The position numbers were made by a program, and so were the translations under genes. Of a stretch of 64,000 nucleotides of DNA, positions 27,331 through 40,317 are shown in pieces. Where the stretch lies: positions 1-64,000 of the forward strand of contig NOWV01000275.1 of NCBI GenBank assembly GCA_003344405.1, written 5' to 3'. This DNA is from Trichoplax sp. H2 (taxonomy: Eukaryota). Position 1 is the stretch's first letter; every line of letters starts with the position of its first letter. The notes under the pieces were generated by a model. It saw only the letters and a list, made by a program, of their open reading frames with translations, did not search any database and was not told the DNA's origin.

Positions 27331-30300
27331 CAATGGCGGTTACCATGTATAAGTATCAATAGAATATGGATAACGAGATGAGATTGAATGAATGCAGCGA
27401 TCCACGTAGGAGTTGATCAATTCTATACTGTACTGTCTAACCGAACCAAAATACTGTAGACAACAATTTAAAACGGGTTGAATGGATACAATAACCAATA
27501 GTAATATCGATCAAGTTGTTGGAGCAATGAGATGAGCAACTATAGTACCTTCAATCCATTTTGGTGATGGACAGTCAATGTTGAAGGCGAGATGAGACGG
27601 AATTGATACTAGAATAGGCAGTCGAGATAGACTGGTTGTCGAGTAGAATGGGCAGCAATGGTACATCTTAAGCTAGATGGTTAATGTAAAGTCGATGAGA
27701 TCATAGACTACTAAAATGACCATCATCAATTTGAAATGAATGCAACTTTATTTCGATGAGTTCATACAGTATAACTGTCCCAGCGTAGCCAATACGAAAG
27801 ATACTGCCTCTACCTAGTTGCTTACATCCAATCTACGGCTACAAACGCCTGGGGTGTAATGGTATTAAAATACTTGCATCATCCATAGAGAGAGAGAGCA
27901 GCTAGTCTGCTACATCATAAGATTCTGAATAGCTAAAAAGGGAGAGTGTCAGGAAGGATGATTACCTTCAATGTCGATGCTAGCTAGACGGGATTTTATT
28001 ATAACCATCATAAGCTATTGGTTGGAATCATCTTTATGGAGAGTGTTGAGCATCAAATCATAGTCGATTTACTTTTGAAGGAAAAGTTCTTGCAGCTCAA
28101 GTTTAAGTGGAATAGACGAGTTAGGGATATTGTGCTTTCGAATCAAGATGGATGATCCAAGGACTACGAGTAGAGAAGTTCCCTTCTACTGTAGAGGTAA
28201 TCCTATGCCCATGAGAAATTGGAATGGTAAGGGTTATTGGCCCAACATTGAGCTATTCATTACTTTATTTTTGGTATCTACTATACAGTACTATTGAACA
28301 AATTGATGAATCAAATGTAAAGTAGACAGGATCCGATTATTAAAATAAGCACATGAATGACTTGATGCTGTCTCACCAACCCTCAAATCCACTGAAGACT
28401 ACATACTCATAGATAAGATTGTTTTACTCAAGATGAGAGATATCTTCTACTGAAGTGGACGGGTAACGATGAAGAAGAAATAAACGAGTTGTTACAATCC
28501 GATCGCATACCTTGAAATACTATCAAAACGACATGGAAATGCTCTATCAAGGCCTTGATGACCACCATCTTTAATGGCCGTTGAAATGTTGAAAAGATAC
28601 AGCAATGACAAAAATAGATTGATTAATCACGTCAAAATGATGATTTTATTCTTTTTTTATCTTCTTCCTCATTTTGAATGTTGGAAAATTAGCTCTTTTC
28701 ATCATTTGACGTCACAAGGAGTGAAATTATACAATACAGTTCCGGACATTTGTGCCGACTACAATATGCACTACGAGCCCTCATCATGTCTATTTTAAAT
28801 TCCATATCATTTCCTACAGTATTGAGTCCATGTATAAATAATTAGTGGGGTATTCTTTTCTATGACCAATAGATTCTTTTATCCCCAATCGATCTTGTAT
28901 TGCTCTTGACTGTAACTCTATTTTCTTCATGTCCCTTTATGCTAATGACTTTGAAATGGACGATTTGTAAGTTATCGACTGTGTGGATAGAATAGAATTC
29001 ATTGACCATGTAGAATAATGTAGCAAGAGTTCTACTGATAAAATAAAATTGACTATTTGTTCACCGGGTCTGCAGTTAATCAAGTGATGATGATTGATTC
29101 TGTTATCGTGGGTTTGCCATTAAACTAATGGCCATTCCATAACAGTATCATCATCGTTGTCGGGTAGCAAAGAGAAAGTATCTACTGTCCATCCAACGAT
29201 AGTCCAATAAAGAGTTGGATTACTAGAATAGGTCGAAACTGCCTTTACAAGGCAATGCATAGCCATTGCAATCATATTGATGGCCACCGTGTGGTTGGAA
29301 GCGATCTTGTCAACTCTTGCTCGTCACCTAATCTAGTGGATCCCTAATAGAGTAAACTCTCATTTATTTATTTTTTATTTTATTTTTTTTATTTTTTTTT
29401 TAAATGTCAGGAAATGATATTGTCAAGATTTGACATCCTGTACTATTTATAGCATTACCTACTGTTAACTCTAGTGTTGAATCGATAATTTGTTAATCAA
29501 TAAGTCCATCAGTTATTCTTGTGATTGGTGTAAAAGTTGTGAACATTGACGTAAAATTTTTTAATTTTTTTCCTCTTTCTTTACATTGCTATAACTCAAG
29601 TCAATGTATAGATAATGCAGGACAAGCTATTATATATTAAATTGTCTGGCTTTGTTTTACGTCATCATCACTAACCAACTTACTGTTGATGCAGATGGAT
29701 AATCATCATTTATTAACAGTCAAAATTACTAGCAGCACATGTTCTCCTTTTAGACCTATCATCATCCTTGTATCATTCACCCGCTAGAATTAGCTAGGAA
29801 GAAATAACATGCTTACCTTGCTTTCCATCAACAACATCGACATCAACTCCATGCAAAATCCAATCCTTTTCTAGTCATAATAAAATCATTTATTCATTTC
29901 TACACTCCCGTTTAAGTGGAAGTAAAGTCGATTGCTTGTAATTTTATTAGCTATTATTTAATATTTGGTCCTGTTCCTACTGACAAATAAATGTCTTTAT
30001 ACGCCCACCAAATAAAAAAATAGATTATCCATGGTAACCTCTACATGATTATCTAAAGTTAGCATTCATCTTCAAGGTATTCCTATTTTTTTTTCTTCCA
30101 TCGAAGCTCAAATGGCTTTTCTTTTTTTTATCAATCAGGTTGATTGGAAAATTAGCACCATTCCCTTGACTAGTTCTCAGGTTGGCTTTGACTCTGCCTA
30201 TGACAACCATTTTGTTACACTACCGACACTTTCAGGTAAAAAAAAAGGATGCGTAGTTAATTTGAAAATGTCCATCGGATTGCATTTCGTCACCCTTAAT

Positions 30301-31487
30301 TGATATACACTTGAAGACCCGGAGAAACTTAGGATCAGGGTCTCAATAATCTTCCTTGATGATACTATGCTCTGTCGATCTCGACACGAATACGTGATTA
30401 CTGTGCACCTTGATTATTCTCCAATAAGACATATCTGTTCATAACGATGAACAACGGACATTTCTACACACTTGTGATGCTATCGATCTCGTTGGAGATG
30501 GAGTATTTGAAAGATGAGGAATAGAGAACCTACAGCACTGCCAATCGATAGGGTATCCAACGACGATAATAATATAATGTGTTGACGTAGACACAACACT
30601 TACACATGACATTTCGATATGCTACTCGACAAGAATCAACCTTTTGAAACATTGATTCTCTCTTGTTTTTTTCTCTTCTTGACAACTCAATTGAAGCTGT
30701 ACTTTCGTTTTTTTTCCTATGTCTTGGCTGCTCATCTAAAGGCATGGATGGAGTGACTGAAATATAATGTACAAGCCGACCATGTTTCATTAAATCGTTA
30801 TAGAGATTCAAGTTAATTTAACGTACAAGCAATTGATTCTATTATTATTCATTGGGTACTTCAAATCAACTTTGCAAGTTTACAGATCATTGGGTATAGG
30901 TTATCCTCTTTTTCCAACTAGGAAGAGGCGACCAAGACGATCATCAAATCCAATCCAATCGTTCCAAAGAAGCAAAAGTTTACAAGAGCGGAAAAACAAC
31001 TACAACTCTTCAAGTTATCATTGAAAGGAGAAAAGTTGCATTTTGTGTGTATGTGCTTTTATTGACGGTAAGATTACACTTCTAGTGATACCACTATATA
31101 GGAAATACATTTGCAGTAATTCGCATCCGTTATTTTACAATACTCTAATTTCATAATAATAATACATTGAAGATGCCGTTTGAGTTTAATTTTTTTTTAT
31201 TTTCTTGTCGGCACACCGACTACAACTTCGATTCTCTCCTTCATAATAATCTTAATTATAAAATAGCGTCTAGTTTCACCTTGGTCGTACTCATTTCCTT
31301 TATCGATCATTTTGTCCTATTCTAAAGATGTCAATATGAAGTTATTTAATCTTATTATAAATGACAATAGAATAGTGTACAACTTTCATTATCGTTTCAA
31401 ATCAATAAATGTTGGATTTTTTTTTTATCCTTGCAGTTATTCTTTTTTGAGAAATTAAAACAAGCCATCATTAAGAGAAATAAAAAT

Positions 31488-34400
31488 ATGGCTGAACAAC
31501 CCAACGTCTTGGATGAAACACAGGTTCGTTTTTCACTGTACAAGAATGCTCGATATGGATTAATAGTATTGTAATAGGCTAATTCTATACTAGCATGACT
31601 GGGTAGTATCCATGATGGATTTGGATTATAAAATACCCACCTAAACTACAGTAGTAACTTGACTTATTCGCTTCTCTTACTCCATCTCTATGGATAGATA
31701 AATGGATAAAGATATATATTTATATCGATGTGTTACTTAATTTCCAATCATGTTAGATAACAATGAATGGCTATGCTAAATTACGTTCTAGCATAAAAGT
31801 TGTTGATAACTGTTTAACATTAACTCTGCTTCTATTGTAAAGTTATCCATCTTGTATATCAGTTGTATATATACAAAAAAAATGGAAAAGATGAAAATTA
31901 TAAATAACTATTTACTTGACTATTAGATTAATAGTAATACGGATGCTGATAGATTATCCAATGAAGAGGATTCGTCCAATGTGACAACGTCACGTACTGT
32001 AAGTATTAATTAACAATATCATTGATTTTAATATATATATACGTGTATTAATGACTTGAATTTAGTAGTGTTTTTGTTGCATTATTCCATTGCAATACAA
32101 TAGGTAATGTCATCGATCAATACAGCTAGTTTCTTATGCGTTTTTTTTTGTATTTATGTTGCAATGACGATGACTAGTCTCATCCCAAATTCAAAACATT
32201 ACCAAGAAGTCACGCTTTATATGATAGTACAACATTGCCACCATCGACTACTACTAATGCAACGGTAAGAAGAAAGGTTAAACTGTTTAAATAAAAGAGT
32301 TTTATGACTATCATGCTTTTGACTATCAAGGCAAGTATGTATACTCAATCTGCAATAAGAGACGTTTATTAATCAATAGGGTGAAATTCATTTATTTTAT
32401 TGCTCTCTGGTCTTATTCCTTCATTTTGATACTTCAATTCTTCTAGCCTAGCACAAGTAACATCAACAGTAGTAGCAATTCCATCGCGAGCGAATCAACC
32501 ATTGCAAAAACAATAAATGAAACGTCCAATGGTATACTTACTACGATTTCTACTCATACTACCACCACTACTACTATAGTTCTACTAAAATATACTGCTT
32601 GAAAACTACTTTTACGCCAGATACAATAGTTCAATCATGAAATTGTATCTTAAACATAGAATGTTCATTTTGATTGATTTTTAAGTGCCGACATGTACAA
32701 CAGAACAAGTTGGTTATACAGATAATAGCGGTAATGATGTTCGCGCTTTCGTATACGAAAAATTGCAAGATCCAAAGTTACGGACATTTCTATTAAGTGT
32801 GGAAGAAGATATTCGAGCATTTTTGGCCGATAATAAGTTACAATCCAAAATTTGCCCACCAATGACCTCCTATTATAGGATGGTCATTCATCGTGTTGCT
32901 GCATATTTTGGTTTGGAACATAATGTGGATGCATCAGGCAAAGCAGTCATTATTACTAAAGTACCAAATACAAGGCAGTAAGTTGATTTCTACACCATTG
33001 AATTTCTTGACAAGTAACTATAGCTAATATTGATCTGTGCGCAACATAGCAATATATTATTCATTTCAATGAAGAGTTAGTAACGTAATTATTTATTTAG
33101 TATACCCGTATACAGTATAATATATCTCCATATTGACGAGATCATCTATCCTTCTATACTGTATGTATAGTAAATTGGATCGAGATCAGTTAAACTTCTC
33201 GATCTTGACTAATTAATACAACATCCTTGTATTACTGAAGTGAATTTTTCTCATGACAATCCTATAAATATAAATTGATATACTGATTTTATGAATGCCT
33301 TCTATTCCGATTTTAAGCCTTTCCTTTCTTTCTATTACTTTCCTTTCTGTAGTAGATTAGTGCAGAATTTTATAGATATTATTGCTAATATTGAAGCCAA
33401 TACCGCCTCCTTACCACCTAAAGCTATCCTGAAACGCCAGCCTGCTGCCTTCGAAGATAAAAATATCAACCCTAATGCATCTCGAGTAATTATCGACATG
33501 ATCATGTGTCCCTTTTAATAATAGCGTTGAAAAGTTTATCAGTTTTGGAGGCGAACATTATTTCCTGACATATAATTTGCATCCTTATTTAGAATCAAGG
33601 TGAAAACTTAACAGAAAAACGATCCAAATCTATTGAAGAGCGAGAGGAAGAATATGAAAAAGCTCGTGCTCGGATATTCAACCAAAATGTAAGCCATTTT
33701 TTATCCTTTTATGGTTAATAAATATTTTTTACGTCATAGCCGCCTATTAGTCAAAGTGATTGTTACAATTGGTTATTAAAATTTTATTATTCATTTCTCG
33801 GTATCTTGTCTTCCTGGCTGACTATTATTTTAGTTCAATGTATCACACGCCTCATTTGATAGGTATTTGTCAATGTTATATTGTTTTTCGTGAGCCTATT
33901 GTATTCAGTCTTAAATGGAGAAAATCTATTTTACTATAAATAAACAACATTTATAGGCTAGACGATGAAAGTAAGAGAATTAGTTCCAAGGGTTGGCATT
34001 CAGATAGCGAAGTCGGCGGTTGGACAAGTACTGATTCAACGCTTGATAACTCCGCTACTTCAGAAAGTAAGAAAGCTCCAGTTATTGCCTTGGCTACTGG
34101 TGACGACGGTGAAAAGTTCAATTCAGCTGTAACTACAGACACTAATCATTCTAACGATATGGATACTAAACGCAAGAAAGAAAATCAATTGTTGAAACTT
34201 ACTAGAAGAAACAATTCCGATTCGTCAACAAGTAAAAGTAATGTCAAATCAATTGATAGTGGTGTTGATACTGATACATGTGGTGGTAGTGTAGAAATTC
34301 AAATTAGTTGTGATGTTCCTGATGATACCAGTACAAGCAGTAAAGTAGACAATAAAATTAGTGACACAAATATAAGTACTTCTCCTGTCAAGGAAAATAC

Positions 34401-36284
34401 TACTACTACTACCACTGCAACTAAAGCCTACTCAACGAACAAGGTAAATATTGAATTAATTTTAGTTTAATTTTTATAACTCTATTATTTACATGTAAAG
34501 AAATATGATAATAAATACTCTGTAGAGTAAAATTCCACGGTTTCCCGATTTTAATTTTATTAATGAAATTAAAGAAAAAATTCGTTCAAACAACACTCAT
34601 TTTAACGATACTTACGTAGTATTGCTTTCATGAATCAAAAGTGTAAGGTGTAACACTTATTTTTTGGACTTTATTTTATTATTATTTTTTGGCTATTAGG
34701 CCAATCGTTCTAAAGGAAATAAAATTTCGGGTAATAAATCTGCCAACATTAATAACAAGGGTCCTAAATATCAAAATGCTCTCATACGAAATGCAAATCA
34801 AGTATATCGCCCCCCAAATAATGTCAACAACCAACAGCAAGTAATGCAGTAATAATTATTATGAATATGATATTATTATTAAATATATTGTTTCATTAAG
34901 AATTCCATTACGGACTGTCTACTGTTCAAAAATTTTTTATCAATCGTTTGAAAATTGAATTTATCCTTACTAGATTGTATGGAATGGCCCTTATCCAAGT
35001 GCTGGTGGAAACATTTTATCGCATGCAGTTCAAGTAAATACAGCGCAGCCATCGGGTAGTTTAACGCCACAATTGGTACAGCCTGGTCTCAACGATAATT
35101 TAGCCTATCAACATTATTCAAGGCAATCACAAATGGCCGCCAGTATTGGCAATCTAAGTAATAGTTTTCAACAACAGTTGTTTATCAATAATAACTACTC
35201 CGTTCCGAAGCCTCCATCACCCTCCTTGCCTGCACCCCAATCACCAAGACTTGTCAATCAGAATAATGCACAATTTCTACAATCACCTCAAGCATCACCT
35301 AACTATCCAGTACATGTTATGAATGTTCCAAATCCACAACAAGATAATTATGTTAATTTAATGCTTAATAACGGAAGCAACCAACAAAATATTTCACAGC
35401 AGCAATATATTTCTTCACCATCTCAAAATTCACCGATGTATGTAGCACAAGGTCAGCCTGTCGGTCCGACGGTAGTGTACATGCAGGAGCCAAAAAGGCA
35501 ACAAGTTGTACTACAACAACAACATCCTCAACAAAATTTTTCATCGATGCAACAAGAGAGGATGATGTATCAAAATGTGATGCCAGCTACAAATCAACAG
35601 CAAGGCGCAAATTACCAAGCAATTACCAATATGAATTATGTTCAACAATCAGCGATTGTACCGCAAGTACCGACTGCCAATTATGGCGTTATGAGTAATT
35701 CATCAGCAACTATACCAATGGTTAATCAAAGCTTATCGGGAGGAAATATGACTGTAGCACAAAATCAAGGTAAGGCTCTCTTTATTGTAATGCTTACAAC
35801 TAATCTTGTAGCATAGACGTGCGTATATATAAGAATGTCCTGCATTATGTACTGTACTATAAGTAACAATCGATAAGTCACCTTGAGTATCTAACACGGA
35901 GATTATTCTATGGTATGTTGTTGATTAGGTATGGTAAACTCTATGATGACCTATGAACCTTATATGAAAAATCAACAGTCCTTTCATCAGGATGGAATTA
36001 GTTACACACCTTTGCAGCCGGCACCATCACCTAATAATTACGTTCATACAAGTATGATTCCTGCTCAACCTTTACCTGGGAACGTGCACTACACACAAAT
36101 GAATGATAAGCCAGTAAGTGGAAGGATAAACAATCATAAATCTGGTTCACGAAATCGTATTCTTGATGGAAATAGCAGAGCTAATGAATCGCATTTTCGA
36201 CCTCGGTATTCAAAAGAAAATTCTCGCGAAAGAAGGGATATGCAAGGAAACATTGGGAATAACGATTTTATTGGCGTTAACTAA
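31488..36284 (+). CDS. R3H and SUZ domain RNA-binding protein (R3HDM1/R3HDM2/ARPP21/encore family), ~868 aa, 12 coding exons
   Basis: Phase-consistent GT-AG exons: 31488-31523, 31927-31998, 32178-32264, 32447-32531, 32686-32977, 33356-33485, 33593-33688, 33834-33862, 33957-34443, 34700-34840, 34974-35769, 35929-36284 (2607 nt in total). Motifs: R3H MTSYYRMVIHRVAAYFGLEHNVD; SUZ PKAILKR...RSKSIEEREEEYEKARARIF; family motif WTSTDS; Q/N/P-rich C-terminal region. Confidence 0.95.
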
Positions 36285-36897
36285 ATATCTATTGGTGTAA
36301 AGTTTTATTTGCTACTTTGGAAATTTTTATTGGATGTACGATAAGATTGATGATAACAAGATGTCGAATGTGTGTAAGATAGGATGAGTTAATGTTACGT
36401 TAATCTTGTTTTAATGAATTATTTGCACATCGATAACGTCGGTAATGCCAACCATAGTGGGGTGAAATTGTTATAGTAAATCGTCAAATCATGGGACTGT
36501 TGGTAAATAACTTATGGTGATGTTTATAGAACCATTTAAGATAAATTTCTACCGCAACAAACGAACTTAGGTAAAGGATACAACATAAATATAAAATTTG
36601 GGGCTTTGCTATGTCTGGATGGCGTAACATGACATGAAAAAAGTGATATTTTGTTTTTAGATGTAGTAATATTGTATCCGATTGTTAATCATTGGATATG
36701 ATGAAATAGATTCGTTTAAGCCTTACAGATACATATATACATCAGCCCTATTACTGTAGAAGCTGCCGATAAAGGCAAACGAGATAAAGCTTGCTATAAT
36801 TCAGTACAATGGAAGCTCTATGTAATCACCAAATTAAAAAACAGTGAATATGTTAAGATATAGTTCAATCTATTACCAGGCATAGAATTGCTAGGCA

Positions 36898-37068
36898 AAA
36901 ATAATAATAATAATAAATACTGTATTATGTGAGATATCCTAATTATTGTATATATTTATCGTCAAAATTGAAATTTATAGATTATGATAAAGTGACTATG
37001 CGGCATCCTTTCAATATCCTATTATTATTATTATTATTATATCAATTATTATTATTATATTGTTATTA
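36898..37068. repeat. (AAT)n and (ATT)n microsatellites
   Basis: aataataataataa at ~36899-36916 and attattatta runs at ~37019-37060. Confidence 0.8.
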
Positions 37069-38529
37069 ACATAAAATTGCGCACATATATCATTGATTGA
37101 TGTGTAATACTACAGCGGAGTTTATTATTATCAAACTTTGTATAACATCGATAACAGTAACTATCGTCTGTTATTCAATTGCGGTCACAGTTGCTAGATT
37201 TGGAATTAAAATAGTATGTGGCTGTGCATTGGCAGTAGCCTTCGCTACGGGAGGCTATCTGTCGACTGTCAAGTCTTTTTTTTGTATTTTTATGTTTGTT
37301 ATCTAGCAACGGAGCAGTTGAAAGCTATGTGGATTGAACTAATTTATTTATCCAGGCTTAGTTGACAAACTGCTACTTGGTGTAAGATAGTGATTAACTG
37401 CATAACAATATTCTAAATAAATGGCTTCCAATTCATATTTCTACGCGGGTTTTTTTGCGTGAAATTAAAATCTTCTTATAGGTTTATGCTGTCATACCTG
37501 TTCAGCGTATTAACCTGACGGTATTATTATGAGCTAAATAACTTGTTGATAGTTACTTTTACAGCAATAGTAAAGTATAATTACAGTAGATACAGACTGT
37601 ATATAGAGCACGCAAAGTATAGCGAATATAGCTTCTACTAGAATTAATGTAATTATCAGGCAATATTACAGCAGTGGGCAACAATCACTCGTTTTTCGTA
37701 CATATGTAATCCATTTTAGTATACTAAATACTGACGATTACTTTAGCTTTAATCTGAACTCTTTCAAATTATAATTATACGATTATAACCGATAATTTTT
37801 GTATCACGAAGCAAATATCTTGATTCCATGTAACCGTCAAAAATCTTAATACTCGTAATTTAACGACTTGGACATGCAATTCCTTAGATTTATCAAATTA
37901 TAACCTAACATCGTATTTGCAATTAGAAGCTGTTCTAGGATCGATTGCAAATAGTCTAAGTTTGCAAACTCAATCTCAACCCTTCTAAAATTGGCTTTAG
38001 TGATTGTAACTTAGACAGAAACTTGAGGAATAAATTGTCCGGGAAATGAATAGCAGGAGTACAATCTTAATGCACACTGCAGATCTTCCACAACTGCAAT
38101 TAGTAACTTTAAACTTGCAATATTGAGCTCGAGTGATGATCATCTACTGAAATGTGAATCAAGGATTTGGCTTCGATCTATTTCAGCAATTTACTGCAGC
38201 TAAATCATCGAGTGGAAGATTTCCTCCTTAACTAGAGCTGCGCTATGATAGCCAATGGAATGATTAACTACTGTTCATGATAATGGTATTTACTGCTATT
38301 AAAGTCTAGTTTGAGTGTTGTATCATTCAAACAGATTAATTATTGATGGCCATCATGACAGTAACTACCTCTTTTACTAGCTTAGAATTAAGTGATATTT
38401 ATACAAATAACCCAATTTTATTGAAAATTAGCAATGATTTGATGACCTACAGTATATAGTAGTTTATACTTCTATAAAATTATTAGCTCAGTAAATTTGA
38501 CCTAGCAATAGCATAGATATGCAAGACAT

Positions 38530-38770
38530 AAGGGTAGATCAGAAAAGAGAATTTGACAGATTTACTGTCAGAAGCTTTTTAAGTACCCGTACTAAATCGA
38601 AGTAAGAGGTTATAGTATCGATATGAAGGATCTAAGGGTAGATCAAATAAGCGAATTTGAAAAATAATATATTCCCAGTCAAATCTTTCAAGTAGTAAAT
38701 CGGAATAATCAGTCAAAACATTCCTATGCAAAACAAGAAGATAGATCAAATACCGAATTTGAAATATTGC
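38530..38770. repeat. Diverged tandem repeat, ~103 bp x 3
   Basis: tagatca...gaatttga at ~38535, 38639 and 38741. Confidence 0.65.
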
Positions 38771-38987
38771 ATTCACAGTCATCCTCTTTTTAACATCAAT
38801 TATAATTTTAGGCATTTAAAGCGTGCAAGATTAGCTAGATTCAATTTTAATTTCCGATCGTTTCATACTATCCGTATATTATTTATACAGTATTGCAATT
38901 ATTAAATAGAGTTAATGCATTAACCTTAATGGTATTAAATTGGCAACTTGATTTCTATCATTGTTGTGATTTGTTATAATATTATAG

Positions 38988-39970
38988 TGTACAACGGAGC
39001 ATTAGATATAATGTACAATCTACCAGTCAGTGTTGAAGCAGTCTTGAATCAGTTTAGTTAGTCAGTCATCAGGCTGCAATTGGATCGTTACTCATATGTT
39101 CCTAATCAATATTGAGTGAAGTCGAATAATGTCTGAACACCTTAAGTAAAATCAAATTAATCTAAATTCTTAAACGTCATCGCACGTTGTTTAACATTTT
39201 GGCATTAATAGCTTAACTACCAATCAGAGTACCTAAAATTCCTAGTCAGGTAATGAGCATACCCAATCATAACACTTTGGTGGAGAATCCGAACTCGGTT
39301 ATTAGTTGCTTAGGTATTACCGTAGTTTAGACAGCCTACTCGTAATTATTTTCACTGCCCTTGAATCCTGACAATCAGTTGGCTAGCAATTTCACTGCCA
39401 ATTTTACTTTTCATTTGGTATTTGCAGCTGTATTATACGCAGATACGTTGTTCATATTACTAAAGACTGTAACCTGGCAGCTCTAATCATAACGCAAGTT
39501 TCGAGATTTAGTATTGCTGATTTAGTACATGGGCATTATTTTGCTACATTTTATATTTTCTTCGTGTACCGTTTCACTAAGCACATATTTAAAAGATAAC
39601 TGCGCTACACAATTCACGTTAATATTCGCCAAAGGATATCAGTAGTTTTGCATAAAAAAATGGCAGGTAACTGCAACGCCATCCTTGAAGATATAACGCA
39701 TATATTCTGTAACCGCTGACGTTACAAGTCAGCCTTGAATCAGTTTAGTAAGTCAGCCATCAGGCTGCGATTGGATTGTTACGCATATGTTCCAAATCAA
39801 TATTATGTGAAGTCGAATAACGTCTGAACACCTTCAGTAAAATCAAATTAATCTAAAATTCTTAAACGCCATCGCACGTTGTTTATTTAACATTTTGTCA
39901 TTAACTGCTTAACTAATAATCGGAGTACCAAAAATTCCTAGTCAGGCGATGAGCAAACCCAATTATAACA
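38988..39970 (+). mobile_element. Decayed non-autonomous LTR retroelement (TRIM-like) with two ~290-bp LTRs, PBS and purine tract
   Basis: Direct repeats ~38988-39274 and ~39672-39970 (clearly alignable core 39040-39274 vs 39731-39970), both starting TG and ending ATAACA. TGGTGGAGAAT begins 3 nt after the first copy (39278-39288) and is complementary to a tRNA-Ala-type 3' end (ATTCTCCACCA). Purine-rich AAAAAAATGGCAGG lies just before the second copy. The ~400-bp interior has no ORF. No target-site duplication is evident. Confidence 0.7.
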
Positions 39971-39997
39971 ATCATCAATAAAACTCTAGCCAACTAT

Positions 39998-40245
39998 GAA
40001 ATCTTGAAATTGAATTCTTATTAGTAGGATATACAGTACTTGTATATCTACTGAATTTGATTTCATCCTTATTTTGGAATTTTAGACGGATAAAAATCTC
40101 GAAACTGTATTTTTATCAGCAGGATATATTGTTAAACTGTAAAATAGACCTTGATACCATGGTTTATTGCCAGCTATCGGATATCATTTTTCTTCAAATC
40201 TTGAAGTTGAATTTTTATCAGCAGGATACGCTGTTAACCTGTTAA
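39998..40245. repeat. Diverged tandem repeat, ~100 bp x 3, downstream of the first fucosyltransferase
   Basis: aaatct.gaa..tg.att.ttat.ag.aggata at ~39999, 40093 and 40196. Confidence 0.7.
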
Positions 40246-40317
40246 CGTATAATATGAGTCCTACATCGTAAAATTGATCTCAAGCGATCGTCCATTATCA
40301 GCTATTTAATGTTATCG

